A DNA stretch of 64,000 nucleotides from Phoronis australis (lineage: Eukaryota > Animalia > Phoronida). The notes beneath the pieces were generated by a model. That model was not told the DNA's origin. It saw only the letters and a program-made list of their open reading frames with translations, and searched no databases. Below are positions 1-12,830 of the stretch, in pieces. Made by a program: the position numbers and the translations under genes. The stretch spans positions 827,278-891,277 of the forward strand of contig NMRA01000002.1 in assembly GCA_002633005.1 (NCBI GenBank). Reading direction: 5' to 3'. The stretch's first letter is position 1. Every line of letters starts with the position of its first letter.

Positions 1-371
1 CGTGTTAGCGTGGTAAATTTGCGATACTGCGCGCATGCCAATGTGCAAATGTCACACCTCGTTTGGAGGTTTTGACCGAAGATTGCTGAAGTACTCGAAA
101 ACTCTAAACCCGCGTATTTCCAACTACAGTTGGGGGTAAGATTTTATAATATTGTAAACCGCGAGTACAAAGGTGCTGCCTTGATTTTTCAATATTCCAA
201 TACAGACGAAGTCCTTCCAATTATATAGAAACAATGACAGAAATAGCCTGTGGGTTTGGCTGAAGCTGTATCGATGCTTTGGGATTGTATGTCACAGTGG
301 ATGGCTAGAATTGAAATGTAGTATCTAATTAATTATTGAACAAACACTAGTGAACACAAGCAAGATCTGGA

Positions 372-470
372 TAGAGTTCAGTAACGGTAGGACCTCGCTA
401 AAGAGTAAGACTTTGTGAGATTACGCGATACATTGCCGTGTATTTTAAATGAGAACAGGTGGTTTTGGCT
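372..470 (+). repeat. Dispersed repeat fragment, second copy at 5598-5698
   Basis: The block tagagttcagtaac...agattacg...gtattttaaatgagaaca...gctag is shared with 5598-5698. Confidence 0.7.
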
Positions 471-968
471 AGACTGTTGTCCACTTATCACACTTACAAT
501 AACGACTTGTAACTACGCTGGCGACCTCTATAGGGATAACTTTAACTAAATCATCATTAACAACCAAACGCCTTATCTGCTCTCCCAAGCTCTGAACGGA
601 CGCTTTATGCAAGATGGTCATGTTCATCATGTCGGGAGCCATCGTCTCGCGGGACAGTCCTGTTGGACACACCTTGTACCAACTTCTATTTTCTCCTCTT
701 GTATTGCGACAATGTACTTTTACGCAAGAGCTAGTCACAGTCCTGCTTGACACCGTGCCAGTCCGTAGTTTTCCTCTACACCCCCGTATTCTAGAGCAAA
801 CTATTAAAGAGCTCCCTCCATGACTCTTCAATAACCTTTAGTCTATATGTTGCTAAGAAACGAGCCAAAAATTAAAACCAAGTAAAAAAATCGGTGTTAT
901 ACGTAGTCTCCGCTGTTGTTTTATACCAGGGAGTTGTGAGGAAAGTCCGAGGAGAAACGCCTTTTTCA

Positions 969-1150
969 GACATAAAAAGGTGCGTTTGTGAAAGATGTAG
1001 TAACAGTAACTTAACTGAGGACGTCTTTGTGTTCAAATTTCTTAAATACGTGAAAGTTGCACAGAAATGGCATCGGTTTGTGCGCCGCACGAGAGTGTGG
1101 AAAGTCAGCGTGGAACATGCGATTCACTGAGTCGTAAGCCACACTTTAAT
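969..1150 (+). pseudogene. Degenerate THAP zinc-finger domain (DNA transposon relic)
   Basis: Translation KRCVCERCSNSN..VFVFKFLKYVKVAQKWHRFVRRTRVW, followed by an out-of-frame HF, fits the THAP pattern C-x-C...F.FP...W...CS.HF. It has no ATG, the conserved Pro is lost and there is a stop codon. Confidence 0.6.
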
Positions 1151-4100
1151 TCTTCGGCACATTTCAAGGAATCGTGTTTGGACAAAACCGAGACAAAAGC
1201 GACGCTACGATGAAGGAAAGTGCATTTGCAAATTTTATAAATAAGAAACAAACTGGTTCCATTCTAGGGAGAGTGATACCACTGAGGTCCTCGACCCCGG
1301 CCAAGATCGAGTGAACGTAGGCTTAAAAAATGCATTGTGTTTAGACCGTGCTCATTCCATTATGGCAATAGTGAATACAAATGACTCAGGTTTACGGTGG
1401 CCTGTGTCAGTGATTGTTAAGTATCTGTTTTGTGAATATTGACCACCCCGTCGGTTCAGTTGGTTGTGGTTCACACATGTCTGTAGGATTTCCGGTGCAA
1501 GTGGGTCGAGTTCATACCTCCTCAAAGCCAACGAAAGTTAGCTGAGTGGGAAATCCAGTTCATTGACCAATTATTCAAGTACTTGAGTGTGATGCCCGTA
1601 TCCACTGCCTTCTCTGTCTGCATAATAATTTCCAGTCCTCGCTCAAAATCGTGCCCGTCTTCTGGTCTGCTGTGTTTCGCCTTTGCAATTGATCGTCAAG
1701 TGACCAAACGTCTTCCACCCATTACATCATTTGACGAGAAACTTTGAAATATCTAATTTTTATTCAGCATTGAAAAATCGCGACCATTTGGCATAAAAGT
1801 GCTTGTATAGTTAGATTTTATGGTATTCATTTCATGTTACCTAACTGAAGCCTCAAAACTAAGGAAGTGCATGGTGGGAGCTTTTTAATTCAACGAGCCT
1901 TTACGGACCTTTGCCCTTTGCTTTCCGTAAAGATGGCTTCCGATTACCATTTCTCCAGTACACGCAAGCAAATCCTACTAGCTAGCTTCTCTTCCAAACT
2001 CCAGCTATCTGGAAATTTCTGGAGCTGTTGCTTAGGTGATAATAATTCTGTTGTATAATGATTGGCTCACAAAAACACATGATCTTATGTAGTCATACCC
2101 CTGGCTGTCACTTTAATGTCACGAGGCAGTTTAAGCTGATCATGACCATAGTCACAAAGTAATACCAAACTACTGTCAACAACTTTTTAGTGGCTATTCT
2201 TGGCTTTACCAAAAATTATAAGTGTTTACTGCGATTTGAATTTAACTGACTATTCTTACAAATTAGATCATCAATATTTATTTGAACAATCAGTGTTATA
2301 AAATTAATTCGAAATTCAGATCAACATTTGGTTGATCCTTGCAGTGTAACGACACTTTTGTTTAACGAATTTATGGACTAATGACTTTTTATCCTTTCTA
2401 AAGCAAAAATGAATGACCCGGAGAACTTCCGGGAATAGAAACTCAAGTACAGGTATTGCAAAAACGTTCACTATCTATTTTAAGTTAATGAGATTTAAAT
2501 TCAAACAGGCAAGAAATGGATGAATACTTCTGTATTTTTTCTAGAACATAAACGATGCGTAGAGCAAATTATTAACTCAAAAAGTCAAGCACATCATGTT
2601 TACTTTGCACCGTCGTTTGCCAGTAATCATCACGAAACTGTAAATTCTTCTAATTGCACGCTGACTTGGTCGATGCCATGTCGCAGGATGTTGAAAATTA
2701 TATTGTTTGACAATAGTCATGCTTCATCATTAGTCACTAATTAGCTGTGATTAATATGGACCGTAATTAAGTACAAATATTTGATTCTAAGTTGTGCGGC
2801 GCAATATATCACGTGTTCTCGTACAATGTAACTTCATAAGAAGACGAAACGTATACGGTCGTCTCCAGCGGTAGTTGATTGTACAGCAACGTTGTACGAT
2901 AGCGTATCAGCCGACATGCTTTCCTCTGAAACCTGCTCATGGTGATTGTCTTCTTCATTCTCGTAATTTATGTCGGAATCTTTCATGAGCCCAGCTGCTT
3001 TACACAGTACTGTCATCACTCATAATTATCCGAAACATTCTCACTCACTCTCGCTAATTCACGTTTGTGTCGGTCGCTGATGCGCAGCTTATCGGTAGCT
3101 GTGTTTTATTTTCGGCAAGTAGGCGGCGTATCTACACCGAGAGAATACAGAGTTGATAACTTAAATTATAAACGATATTTCTTTGGGTTATTTATGATAT
3201 GGTTTACCTAATAAGCAAAATCTTCGAAAATTAATACTGTTTTCAATAGCCAAATTACTAGAAACGATTTTGTGACATTCAGTATCTCTTGTCAGTTGTA
3301 AAGCAACACAAAAATAAAATTCCTGATAAAGTCTTGTACACTCGGAAATTAATCATCATTCTAAACGCCAATTTGCATTACGTCGGGTTGTTTTTCACAA
3401 TCACTCTTGTTACTGGTGTTCCGTATTTCCATCAACATTCTCTAATTTCTCGGCCAGGTTATTCTGTAACGATACTAAAATAATTGTCCGTATTGTACAG
3501 AAACGATGTCAATTGAAAGGCATCTGCAAGATTTGTTTGCAAGTTTTCAGTGTTCACAACCCTGGACGCTAAGAAAATCACCAGGTCGTCATTTGAGACC
3601 CGGCCAGGTCACTCTTCTAGAATCCAGGTCGCTCTCAAAGATTCCTAGGACTAAAAGAATCAAAAAGGCTTTCGACGTGTTGTTGTTAGGGGTTTCGTGT
3701 TGTGAGTTAGTGTTCTTTTGCATTTAATTTGGCGACTGCAAGTGAACTGATTCTGTCACTGTTTCTGAAATAGTGGGATTCACACGAGTTGCCTATACTT
3801 TTGTCAGTTATGGAGAGAAGAGTAGAATGTTCGGCTCGCATGTATTGGGATTCCCAAGTCACAGACGTGCGACTAATGCATGCGAGTTGACCAAAAATCT
3901 ATGGTCAGCTTCCAAATTTAAGGTAGCAAATGGGACCTACAGCTCATTATATCGAGCCTTGATTCACGCCGTGCACACTAACAGAATACTTCGCCGGCAT
4001 GGACGTCGCACATAGGCCGATACTACTTTCGTTACGAGCGAGATTTGAGAGGTCCAGCCCTCAGATGAGTCAGTCTGAACAATGAGGTCGTTTCAAGTAA

Positions 4101-4404
4101 ATCACTTGTCAAATAAACTGCGCAGACCGTGACAAAATTAAGATTGTGACTTAAAAACAGCTGAAATGATTCTCAAAAATTTACGTGTTTCACAGACTGG
4201 GTAACAGAATGGACCCTCAGTGAAAGAAAGGGTTATTGTCTTCAACGAAAGTTTTTGCACTTCCGTTCGGTCTGTTCGACGCAAACCTGTAAAAAATCTA
4301 CAATTTTGTGAGGGTTATCTACTGTGCTGAGGCTCGCGTTTGTTCATCCCACTAGCTCATCGACTATCTTGACACATGGACGCCATTGTAAAACTATATC
4401 TGAC

Positions 4405-5410
4405 ATAAACGGTATAAAACTGGGTAGAATGTCGTAGACGTAAGACTTACTAAGGAAGCAAATGGGATCACGTGATTTGCTTGTGATACATGGCGATATC
4501 TCGCGAAGACTTGTATGTTCTTTCGTTTTCGTGAGATTCTCGCTACTAGCGAGCACACGCCTAGACTAATCCAATAGAAAGCCAGGGTCAGAGAAAAGGA
4601 ACTACGTGTGATCGTGAAACAATTAACAAAAATGTCACACAACCAAGCGACGGTTCCAAGAGAATATTAAAAGTAAGCTTGATTTCAAATACGGTATTTA
4701 AAAGTAAATTGATAGACTACAACCAATTTTGGATGATATGAATCCATGTCAGACTGATGATAAATAATCACCAGTGTGATATCAGTGTGATTATCATTCA
4801 TGGAAAACCTCTTTTGAACATCTATCGGCTCAAATAAAAAAATATATAAATTATGTCAGCCATTAATATCAATTCTTGCCAGTCATGTAAATCATATCAT
4901 ATTATTCATATGAATTCATAGAAATGACAAGAATTATAAACGATTTTTTTGTGAATTCATATCAACAATTTCGAAAATTACAGTGTATAAGCGAAACATT
5001 TTATGCATTAGATACTTAATAACATAAAAGCGGCTTTGAGCCCGAACTTTCTGTGAAATAAAAAACAATATTAGCATTTGATTTAGACCAAATGAAGATG
5101 TTGCCTGGGAGAGTTAGGACAACCTATTTCTCTTTTAACATATGACACGAGGGCAATGGAACCGTACATGTGTTTATGCCCGGGATTAGGTATTAATTTC
5201 CGATACTCTGGGGGTAAACCTTGCACGCTTTCTCGTTTATTTGCGTGCAAATCCGTTTAGCGTAAGATCTGCGAGATTCTCGCAAAAACGCAAGAACACG
5301 AATGTTTTCGCTAGATATCGCTATGGTTTACGAACGAAGCACGTGACCACTCTAGGTTAACGAGACTATTACGTCCACAAAACTCTACTGGGCTTCCAGT
5401 TAGCCGTTGG
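4405..5410. repeat. Old diverged inverted-repeat pair (arms ~4405-4555 and ~5270-5410)
   Basis: The reverse complement of the left arm (gcgagaatctcacgaaaacgaaagaaca...cgcgagatatcgccatg...cacgtga) aligns with gcgagattctcgcaaaaacgcaagaaca...cgctagatatcgctatg...cacgtga at 5271-5347. Confidence 0.7.
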
Positions 5411-8258
5411 AATCGATCTCTTTGACATCTGAATGAGCCTCAGTTCATGAATGGACTCCAAGGACTAGGAATTTTGATACACCGCTGCCTGCTGTGTGTA
5501 ACACTTAATCCCCCCTCCACTGCCTTTGTAATTATACTCCTCCAATTTATATTTGACATATTTAACTGATGCCATTGTGTTTAACAGGATACCAGGGTAG
5601 AGTTCAGTAACTCTAGCACCTGACGAAAAAGCAAGACTTCGCCAGATTACGTGAGACATTTTGTATGTATTTTAAATGAGAACACGTAATTTCGCTAGTT
5701 GTTAGCGAGGTCCAAGTGTTTCTGAAACCTACCCTGTATGTACATTAAAACAGTTTCAATTGTACTGGTGTCCGTCCAAACCGGTCCACGGGATTAAAAT
5801 GTACTACCACGACCCTTAGGCAACTTGGCACGCTTTTGTGCCCGGCAGAACATAAGCACAGTGCGTATTTCCACGTGCATTACTAGATTTGATTCCAGAA
5901 TGCCGTCGCGGGAGTCGTTCTACGTTAATAAACTTTTTTTCTCTTCCGGCAGTAAAACCGACTTCAGCTATTGCATAAGTTAATCACTTATCAGCCATAA
6001 GAATTATTCCCAATACGTTCATCCATAATGACTTGGTACAGCCAAAGACATTGTCGATGCCAAATCCGTTGTCGCGTTGCAAATATGCATACTAATTACA
6101 CACACACATTTTGGATTCGTTATCTCGGGGGGGGGGGGTTAAATGCGGGAATGCTTTAACTTTAGTAAACATCTGAGTGGTCATTTTGAGCAGCGTCGTC
6201 TTGAAACAAATTATGTATTCATAATAAGTTCACTCAACATTATTCTGATGCAGCAGATTGGGTGTTAAGAACTTGGTTGCCATTCAACCTGTCCACCATT
6301 CAACTTGTCCACGGAAATTTCTAGACCAAATAGATGTTGTTTCCGTTGTGCGATTAAGTCGGAGATGTGCAATGGGAATCTCTCTAGTAATTCCAGAAGT
6401 TACCTTTAACCACATGTTGCTTGCGAGAAGAGTAAGATCTCACGAAACGACACCAGTCAAAGGTGAGAGTTCGGCAAGGCAAGTAGCTTAATGGCGTATG
6501 CGACTCGCAAAATTGGTCGGTGAGGGTGGAGCATTTTTGTGGAATCGAATTTACTGTTGCCGTTCCATAAGCAAACATTTTGACGGCAATTCAAGCCCAT
6601 CATTGGATGCTTGGTGAAAGTCACACGGAGTTTTACCTGACAGTGCACACATGATACCATTAGATTTGTCACTTCCTCTACTGACTGTCGAAAACTCTAC
6701 GAACGAAATGAAACACCTTTGTGAATCAGTTCACCTCATAAGTGCTATACATGACCACAGCAAACTATTCATTCTGACTAATATTTTCCTTTTATTTCAA
6801 CCGAAGCCAGGCTCAGACAAAAAGGGACAAAAAATTGATACAATCCTTCACAAAACTGCCACTTCCCTCCCCCTAAAGCTCGACGCGTACCAACACTGTC
6901 GAATACAAGTCTGCCACGGATTTCACAAATCTGGTTCAGCATTGCTGCCATCTAATCCGATTTTCAAATTCTGGATAGTTAACGTACTGCCTGGAGCAGC
7001 AGCACATTTTTCAGCAGTCAGTCTGAACTGCAACGTAACACTGCTACAGTGATCAAGTTCAAGAAAATGGCACTGTACGTATGTTGAGCCGAACTATAGT
7101 GTACTTTTTTGCTTCACGACATGGTCACAAGTACAAGCAAATAACCCGATAAACTGAACGTACTTGCAATGCATACCTCAAAACCCAAGCCAAACCCGAC
7201 ATACTTAAATTATTTAATGTCTAGGTAGTGCAAATTGGCCACGTGCAAATTGGCCTAGATTACTGTCTAACAGTGCCACCTTGTGGTTAACGGAACGCAA
7301 CAATATTTGCTGGTAGCTCAGGCGCTGTGAAGGACGCAGTCATTTTTTGTGTTGAATTGATCCGACTGATGCTGCAAACATGCTTTAAGAAGCCAGTGAC
7401 TGCAACTGCTGCCATTCAAAGCAGTTAAATGTGGTAGAGGTTATACAATTTGAAGGCAATAAACTACAGCGTATGTACAAGGGAGACGTTAGCTGCGCGG
7501 GCCAGATCATACGGTGTCGGAGCCTGTTAGTTGGCCCTACTTATTCGTGGACTGTGTATATATATATTTGCCATTGATCAGACAGTCCTGTAGCTTGTTT
7601 ATTTGAATTTCCATGGTTCCTATCCACAATGTCTCTGTTCATGGCCACAATTCTGTCACTGTTATCTAACTAATGTGTCAACTATAACGCTTGGATATCT
7701 TCATTTATGTCTAAACTTCCTACACTTCCTGCTAAGGACCACCCCGGGCTCTTTTATCTGCTGTGGTGACAAGTTTAGCTTTTTACATCCTTATTTATTG
7801 TTCCCTATTCAGGCCCCTGGCCAACATTGCGTGGGGGTGGTTCGAATTTCTAGAACGGAGGACTTTGCACACTCCGACACCGTAGAGTTTTCGGTAAGGT
7901 TCTTGAGGCAGCTTAATTAGGACAAGGGAAATCTGTATACACAGAGATGTGAGTATCAGCTCGATGCTCCTTAGATAAGATGGAATTCGTAATAGCAGAA
8001 ATAAGATGATGTGACTGATGCTCGCAAAGAACGGGACTCAAATTCGGATGTAATGTGGTCCAGACGGAAAAGGAACGTTCTCGCGTTGCCTCCTGCCAAA
8101 CTATCAAATCAGGCGTGCTTAAATGAGTGATTAGGCTACACCTCATTACAATTTTGGGCGGAAATATTTAGTCGAAGAATGACTTGACGAAAAATTTTAT
8201 CTGGTTGAATTTTTACGTGTCATTTAAGTTGCTTACAGCGCTGAAAATGGGAACTGCC

Positions 8259-8321
8259 CACTATTCCGAAGGTTCACTACTCCGAAGGTTCACTGTTCCG
8301 AAGATTCACTATTTCGAAAGT
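8259..8321 (+). repeat. 16-bp tandem repeat (cactattccgaaggtt x4), Helentron/HINE-like remnant
   Basis: Four diverged copies are visible. The family assignment is inference. Confidence 0.75.
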
Positions 8322-8432
8322 ATCTAAAGTTTGGGATTGAAGTGTAATTTTTACATTTTTATTTGCAAAAATAAATATTTCAATTATTAGATGCTCTTAG
8401 TGGGGTACCTATACCAAAACAACGCCAACGAG

Positions 8433-8770
8433 GGTACTAAAGCACTTTGGATTTCATGCGCATGCGAAATTGTCTGCCATATCACAAGAATACCGACAAA
8501 TGAGTATACGTACTTGCTTTTTAAAAAGAATATCAATTAGGAATATTGATGACTCAACTAGGATGCATTCATCAAATCCATGTCAAGATCGCAACATTTC
8601 ACAGCGGAGTACCTACTAAAGCGCTTTGTTTTTTGGATTTAATGAGCGTGCAAAATTGCCTCCATGTCTTACGAATACGGAAAAATGAGTACGTACTTGC
8701 ATTTTTAAAAGAATATGAAGTTGGAATATTAACGAATCAAGCACGACACATTCACCAAATCCAGGCTACG
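8433..8770 (+). repeat. Diverged tandem duplication, period ~180 bp
   Basis: tactaaagc..ttggattt..aaatgagta..cgtacttgc..aaaagaatat..ggaatatt..cattca.caaatcca occurs at ~8435 and again at ~8615. Confidence 0.75.
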
Positions 8771-9975
8771 GGCTTGCTATTGGCCACGTCTTTACTAGTT
8801 CTTGCTTGTAATCGGTCGATTTTTTCGCTTGATCTAGGTTGAGGTGATTTTAGCGAGTTAAACTTTCCACCTCTCGTTGAAACAGTTGCAGTGCCAGTTA
8901 GAAGTCTTAATATACCTGTAAGTATCTCTGTAGACTGTTTTATCATTGAACCGACCGCGGGGTTACCTCTAGGCATTTCTCACAATCAAAAATGTATGCA
9001 TACCGTACATTTGCACGTTTTCAGTCTGTTACTTTCAATTATTAGAAAACCAACGTTTAGTTTTCCCTTACAATTTCATGATCTGTCATCAATTAGTTGC
9101 TGATGATTTAATTATTCGTTCAACAGTTGGAAATGGTGCTAAGGTTTGCGGCTTTAGCTGTGGTCGCCAAAGTACCACTCTACGCGTAATACGGAATTTG
9201 AAAAATTGCACACAGGAAATAATCACCAGGTGGCGAGACCGTTTCGTTCACGCGTAGGCTCGACGGAACAGACAAACATGTCTCGGAAATCGACGTGTTG
9301 TGAATCTGCTGAAAAATAGTGCGACAGAGCTATCTGAGGACAGCGAGATAATTTTCTAGAAAGGGCAGCAAAAATGAAGTCCAGTTATCAAAAGCAGAAA
9401 TGGGCGTTGCTTCAGATGCCCAATATCGCCCGAAAAAATCCGCTAGTTGAGATAATCTCAGGTGCCCGACACGCTCCTGTTGGCATATGAAGGAACTGCA
9501 CATGCAAAGAATGCAATTACGATGTGTTTAAGGTGTCACGTCGATATGGAAGTGCAAAATGAACCGTTTCGAGATGCCGTTCTTTAGCATACTGCGAGCC
9601 AATATGGTGTTCACGAAATAAAGGCATCACAAGTCACACTGGTTAGGCGATTTGAATCATGAACCAAATAACATTTATTTGAAATCCTCTGATATCATAC
9701 AGCATGTACAATAGACCTAGTACATCGAATATTTTTAAAGCAGCATTTTTGTTGGGAAGGGGGACATAACGTTTGACTGATGGATCGATCGATTTAATTA
9801 GGCAAAACACAATGCATCAAAATGAATGGCAGTAAAAGATGAGATATGGCAACAGATAAATAAGATTGATAAACGGTAACACACGAACACGAGAAAAAAA
9901 CAAGATTTATACCCCCAGGGACCCGTTTCATGAAACCTTTTCAGTCTTACTTGGACCAAAATCGGGCTCACTTAA

Positions 9976-10135
9976 CTGGGGCGGATAGCGATTTTGAGTT
10001 ATGGGGGGAAGGGGCAGGGCAGAGTATTACCCAAGATTTTGCCCGTCAGACATTCGCACCTCCAAACTGCCAAATGGAATCAGGGAGAATTTTAGGGGGC
10101 CATGGCCCCTTTGCCCCACTCTAAATCCGCCACTG
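9976..10135. mobile_element. MITE with CAGTGGCGGAT-type TIR and 5-bp TSD (CTTAA), nested in a Harbinger-like MITE remnant starting ~9918
   Basis: Ends are ctggggcggat...atccgccactg, with cttaa on both sides (9971-9975, 10136-10140). The host begins gggacccgtttcatgaaa. Confidence 0.75.
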
Positions 10136-11899
10136 CTTAAGTCCAGATGCCTTGGCACCGTTTCATGACATTTTTTGAAACCAATTAAAGACCAAATCTC
10201 GTCTATGCTAAGATCGAAAGTTAGCCTTCTACGGAGAAGGCTTAGTGTTGTACTTTTGGTCAAATTGACCACAGTTAACGAGTTTCATTCACTGTAAATT
10301 GATAAAGATCGCATTCCGTTCATATGTCTGATGTTCCTAAATATTGTCAAATGAAGAGCGCATGTTTTCGACTCGGGAACTGTTAAAGTACCGTGAAGAT
10401 AATGCAGTGCAACTCTCCTGTGCATGTGAACTAACGCCATGGTCTTTTCTAGTAAACGAGATCCCAACTGTATCCAAAATGTAATCAAATCCCCGCTGAG
10501 AGTTCCAAGACCAAGATTATTGTTGAAGCCGTATTTCACCCACTGTGCCTCTCTTAGTTTTTAGAATTCACAACAGGTGGTGAAGGCCTAGTTTGTATGG
10601 CCACCTGCGACAAGAACCGACTTACGTAGTTGCTGTGCAAGTTAAGACTGAAGACCAGAAAAGGACTTGGTGTAGCAGAAATGGTTTTTCCTGAATTTTC
10701 GGGCCCCAGGATAACACCAGTAAGTGAGACAATAACATTCGCGTAAATACCTTACAAACAATATACAAAAGGAAAGACATGAAGACGAAAGAAACATATA
10801 ACGCAGTGACAATAATATGTACATGGATTAACAAAAAACAGTGAGTGAAAAAATAAATAACCGTAAATACGCAAATAAATTATTAAATAAATAATTAGCT
10901 AGAACATAAATGTTTGTATACATGTGATAATAATACAATGGGAAGTAAAACAGCAGGCACGTTTCTTGTTCTTAACATATGATATGCAACATAGCGATCA
11001 AAACAAAAAATGACATAATTGCCCAGAAATCGAATTATCATTATATATATATTATTATTATCGATGATAAGAACCGATATTGAATTTGGCTAAATAGCTG
11101 CCGTTTAACAAGAAAGTTAAAACAGGTTTTAAAAAGTTCCCGGCGATATCAATGGGTGAGCGTGTTTAAAGAGATTTTTGTCCGAAATAGTTCCCGCGAC
11201 TGAGAGGACGAGGGCTTTTACGAGTGCAATAAAATGCACATCTCTAGAAGGCAGAATACTGTTTAACTAATTAGAGGCTGTGCAATGAATTTGTGAGTGC
11301 CTTTTAAAAGATCAATCACAGCGAGAAAGTAAATTATTAGAAATTAGCAGTTGTGAGGAATCGAACCTACGTAACTCTTAGCATTGATACAAAGCTGTAC
11401 ACTAAATATACAGCTTTGCGTAAAAAATGGACACACAAAACCTGACACAAAATTAGTGTCATTAAAACTACACCATTCCTTGAGTAAAATAAATTATCCA
11501 CAGGTGTTAGAAAAATTGGCGCTCTACCATTATTCTGCTGCTAAGGTTTTGGTGCGATTTTAAGCGACTCAGCTCTCCTATCTTTCACGCCCTTGGAAAA
11601 AAACGGGCCTCGTGTATTTTGTCGGACCAAGCTTTTGTGCTACGGTAAACGCTTTTCAATTTCACACAAAAACTATGGCCATAATGAACATTTTTACAAA
11701 TTTTCAAAGGCTTGACTGAAATGTTACAGGTGCTCAAACGTTTACCACATGTTGTTTGATGACAAGCTGTACAGTACAATCAAGGGTAGTAGTGATGCTT
11801 ATTTTTCTTATCTAGGTTTACTTTTGCTGAAAACTGACGAATAAAATTACCCGTCCTGTCCATAAAACTCTAAAACAGTTCAAGTAGGTTTTGCATTTT

Positions 11900-12830
11900 G
11901 GCAAAAACTGTAAGGAGGTCCATGTTGACTTTCTGTGTTAACACTGGGCAAGTGCCAATGTTCAGGCAATATTTTGGGAACAAAAGTATATACCAGTGTC
12001 ACCCACCGAAGTCTGCCATATCATCTGTGTAAGCGACGTCGGAGACGTGGAAATTCAGTGTGTTCGGAAACTCACATGTGATCATGAAGAGGCGGATACG
12101 CGTTGTGATGCAGGTAGTCATTCGTCAGTTATCTTTGAAATTCCGGACACAGATATGATGGTTTTAGGTTTGGCCCATGCAACAAGCATTTCTGTATCAC
12201 TCAAGACGTTAACATATACGGCTCTGAACTCCAGAGTAATTGATTTAAGTTCGATATCTTTTACTTATTATGGAGGCTCAAGCCTTGCTTGGTCCTCACA
12301 TTTTCAGAGTGTGACTCAATTAAGTGCCTTGAAAGGTAAAGTCAAGCGGTCAAGGCTATGAAATTGCTGATGGATAGTCCTGCAGTATGTGATTGTTTTC
12401 AAAGGTTGGGTTAAATATTTGGGTTTCCTGATCGAGTCCTGGAGGACACTGAACCTTTTGGAGGCAAGCTCAAATGACTCATCATCTACAGGTTACGAAA
12501 CATCTTCCACGTGTTCAGGTTGAAATCAGCGACAGAATCATCCCTTACCTCCTAATCAAGACTGTTTGCTGTCAGATGCCAAAAGAACAAATTATCAGTG
12601 TGCCATTCACAAACGAGCCTTGCAACAGTAATGGGTGGCTGTTAGAGCACGGTAATCTGAAATTTGATTGGGTAACTTTGCTGTTAGAGCACGGTAATCT
12701 GAAATTTGATTGGGTAACTTTGCTGTTACCTCCAGAACACATGTCATGAAAATGCTAACTGCAAGTATAAAGATAAAAAGTCTAGTACAAACATATGCTC
12801 TTATTTGAAGTCGGACGTGCCACGTTCCAA
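11900..12830 (+). mobile_element. Decayed AcademX-type transposon coding region (XPG/PIN-like nuclease plus Cys-rich C-terminus)
   Basis: Ordered motifs occur across frameshifts: CDHEEADTR, PDTD, (G)CDS..SALKGK, LPPNQDCLLSDAKRTNYQ, NGW..GNL..W..LPP, then remnants of a C-x-C-K tail. This matches the HEEAD/DTD/GCD/LPP..RANYQ architecture of Academ XPG proteins. A 42-bp tandem duplication lies at 12638-12721. Confidence 0.75.

Noticed and set aside
469-831. 120-aa minus ORF with Cys spacing reminiscent of a cystine-knot/TGF-beta tail (…CRG…VCP…YCKC)
   Set aside because: It starts at TTG, has no acceptor with a pyrimidine tract, lacks complete CxGxC/CC motifs, and ends against a dispersed repeat.
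2834-3019. Acidic ORF (DSDINYENEED) resembling a piggyBac N-terminus
   Set aside because: The similarity is low-complexity only, and no TTAA-CCC termini were found.
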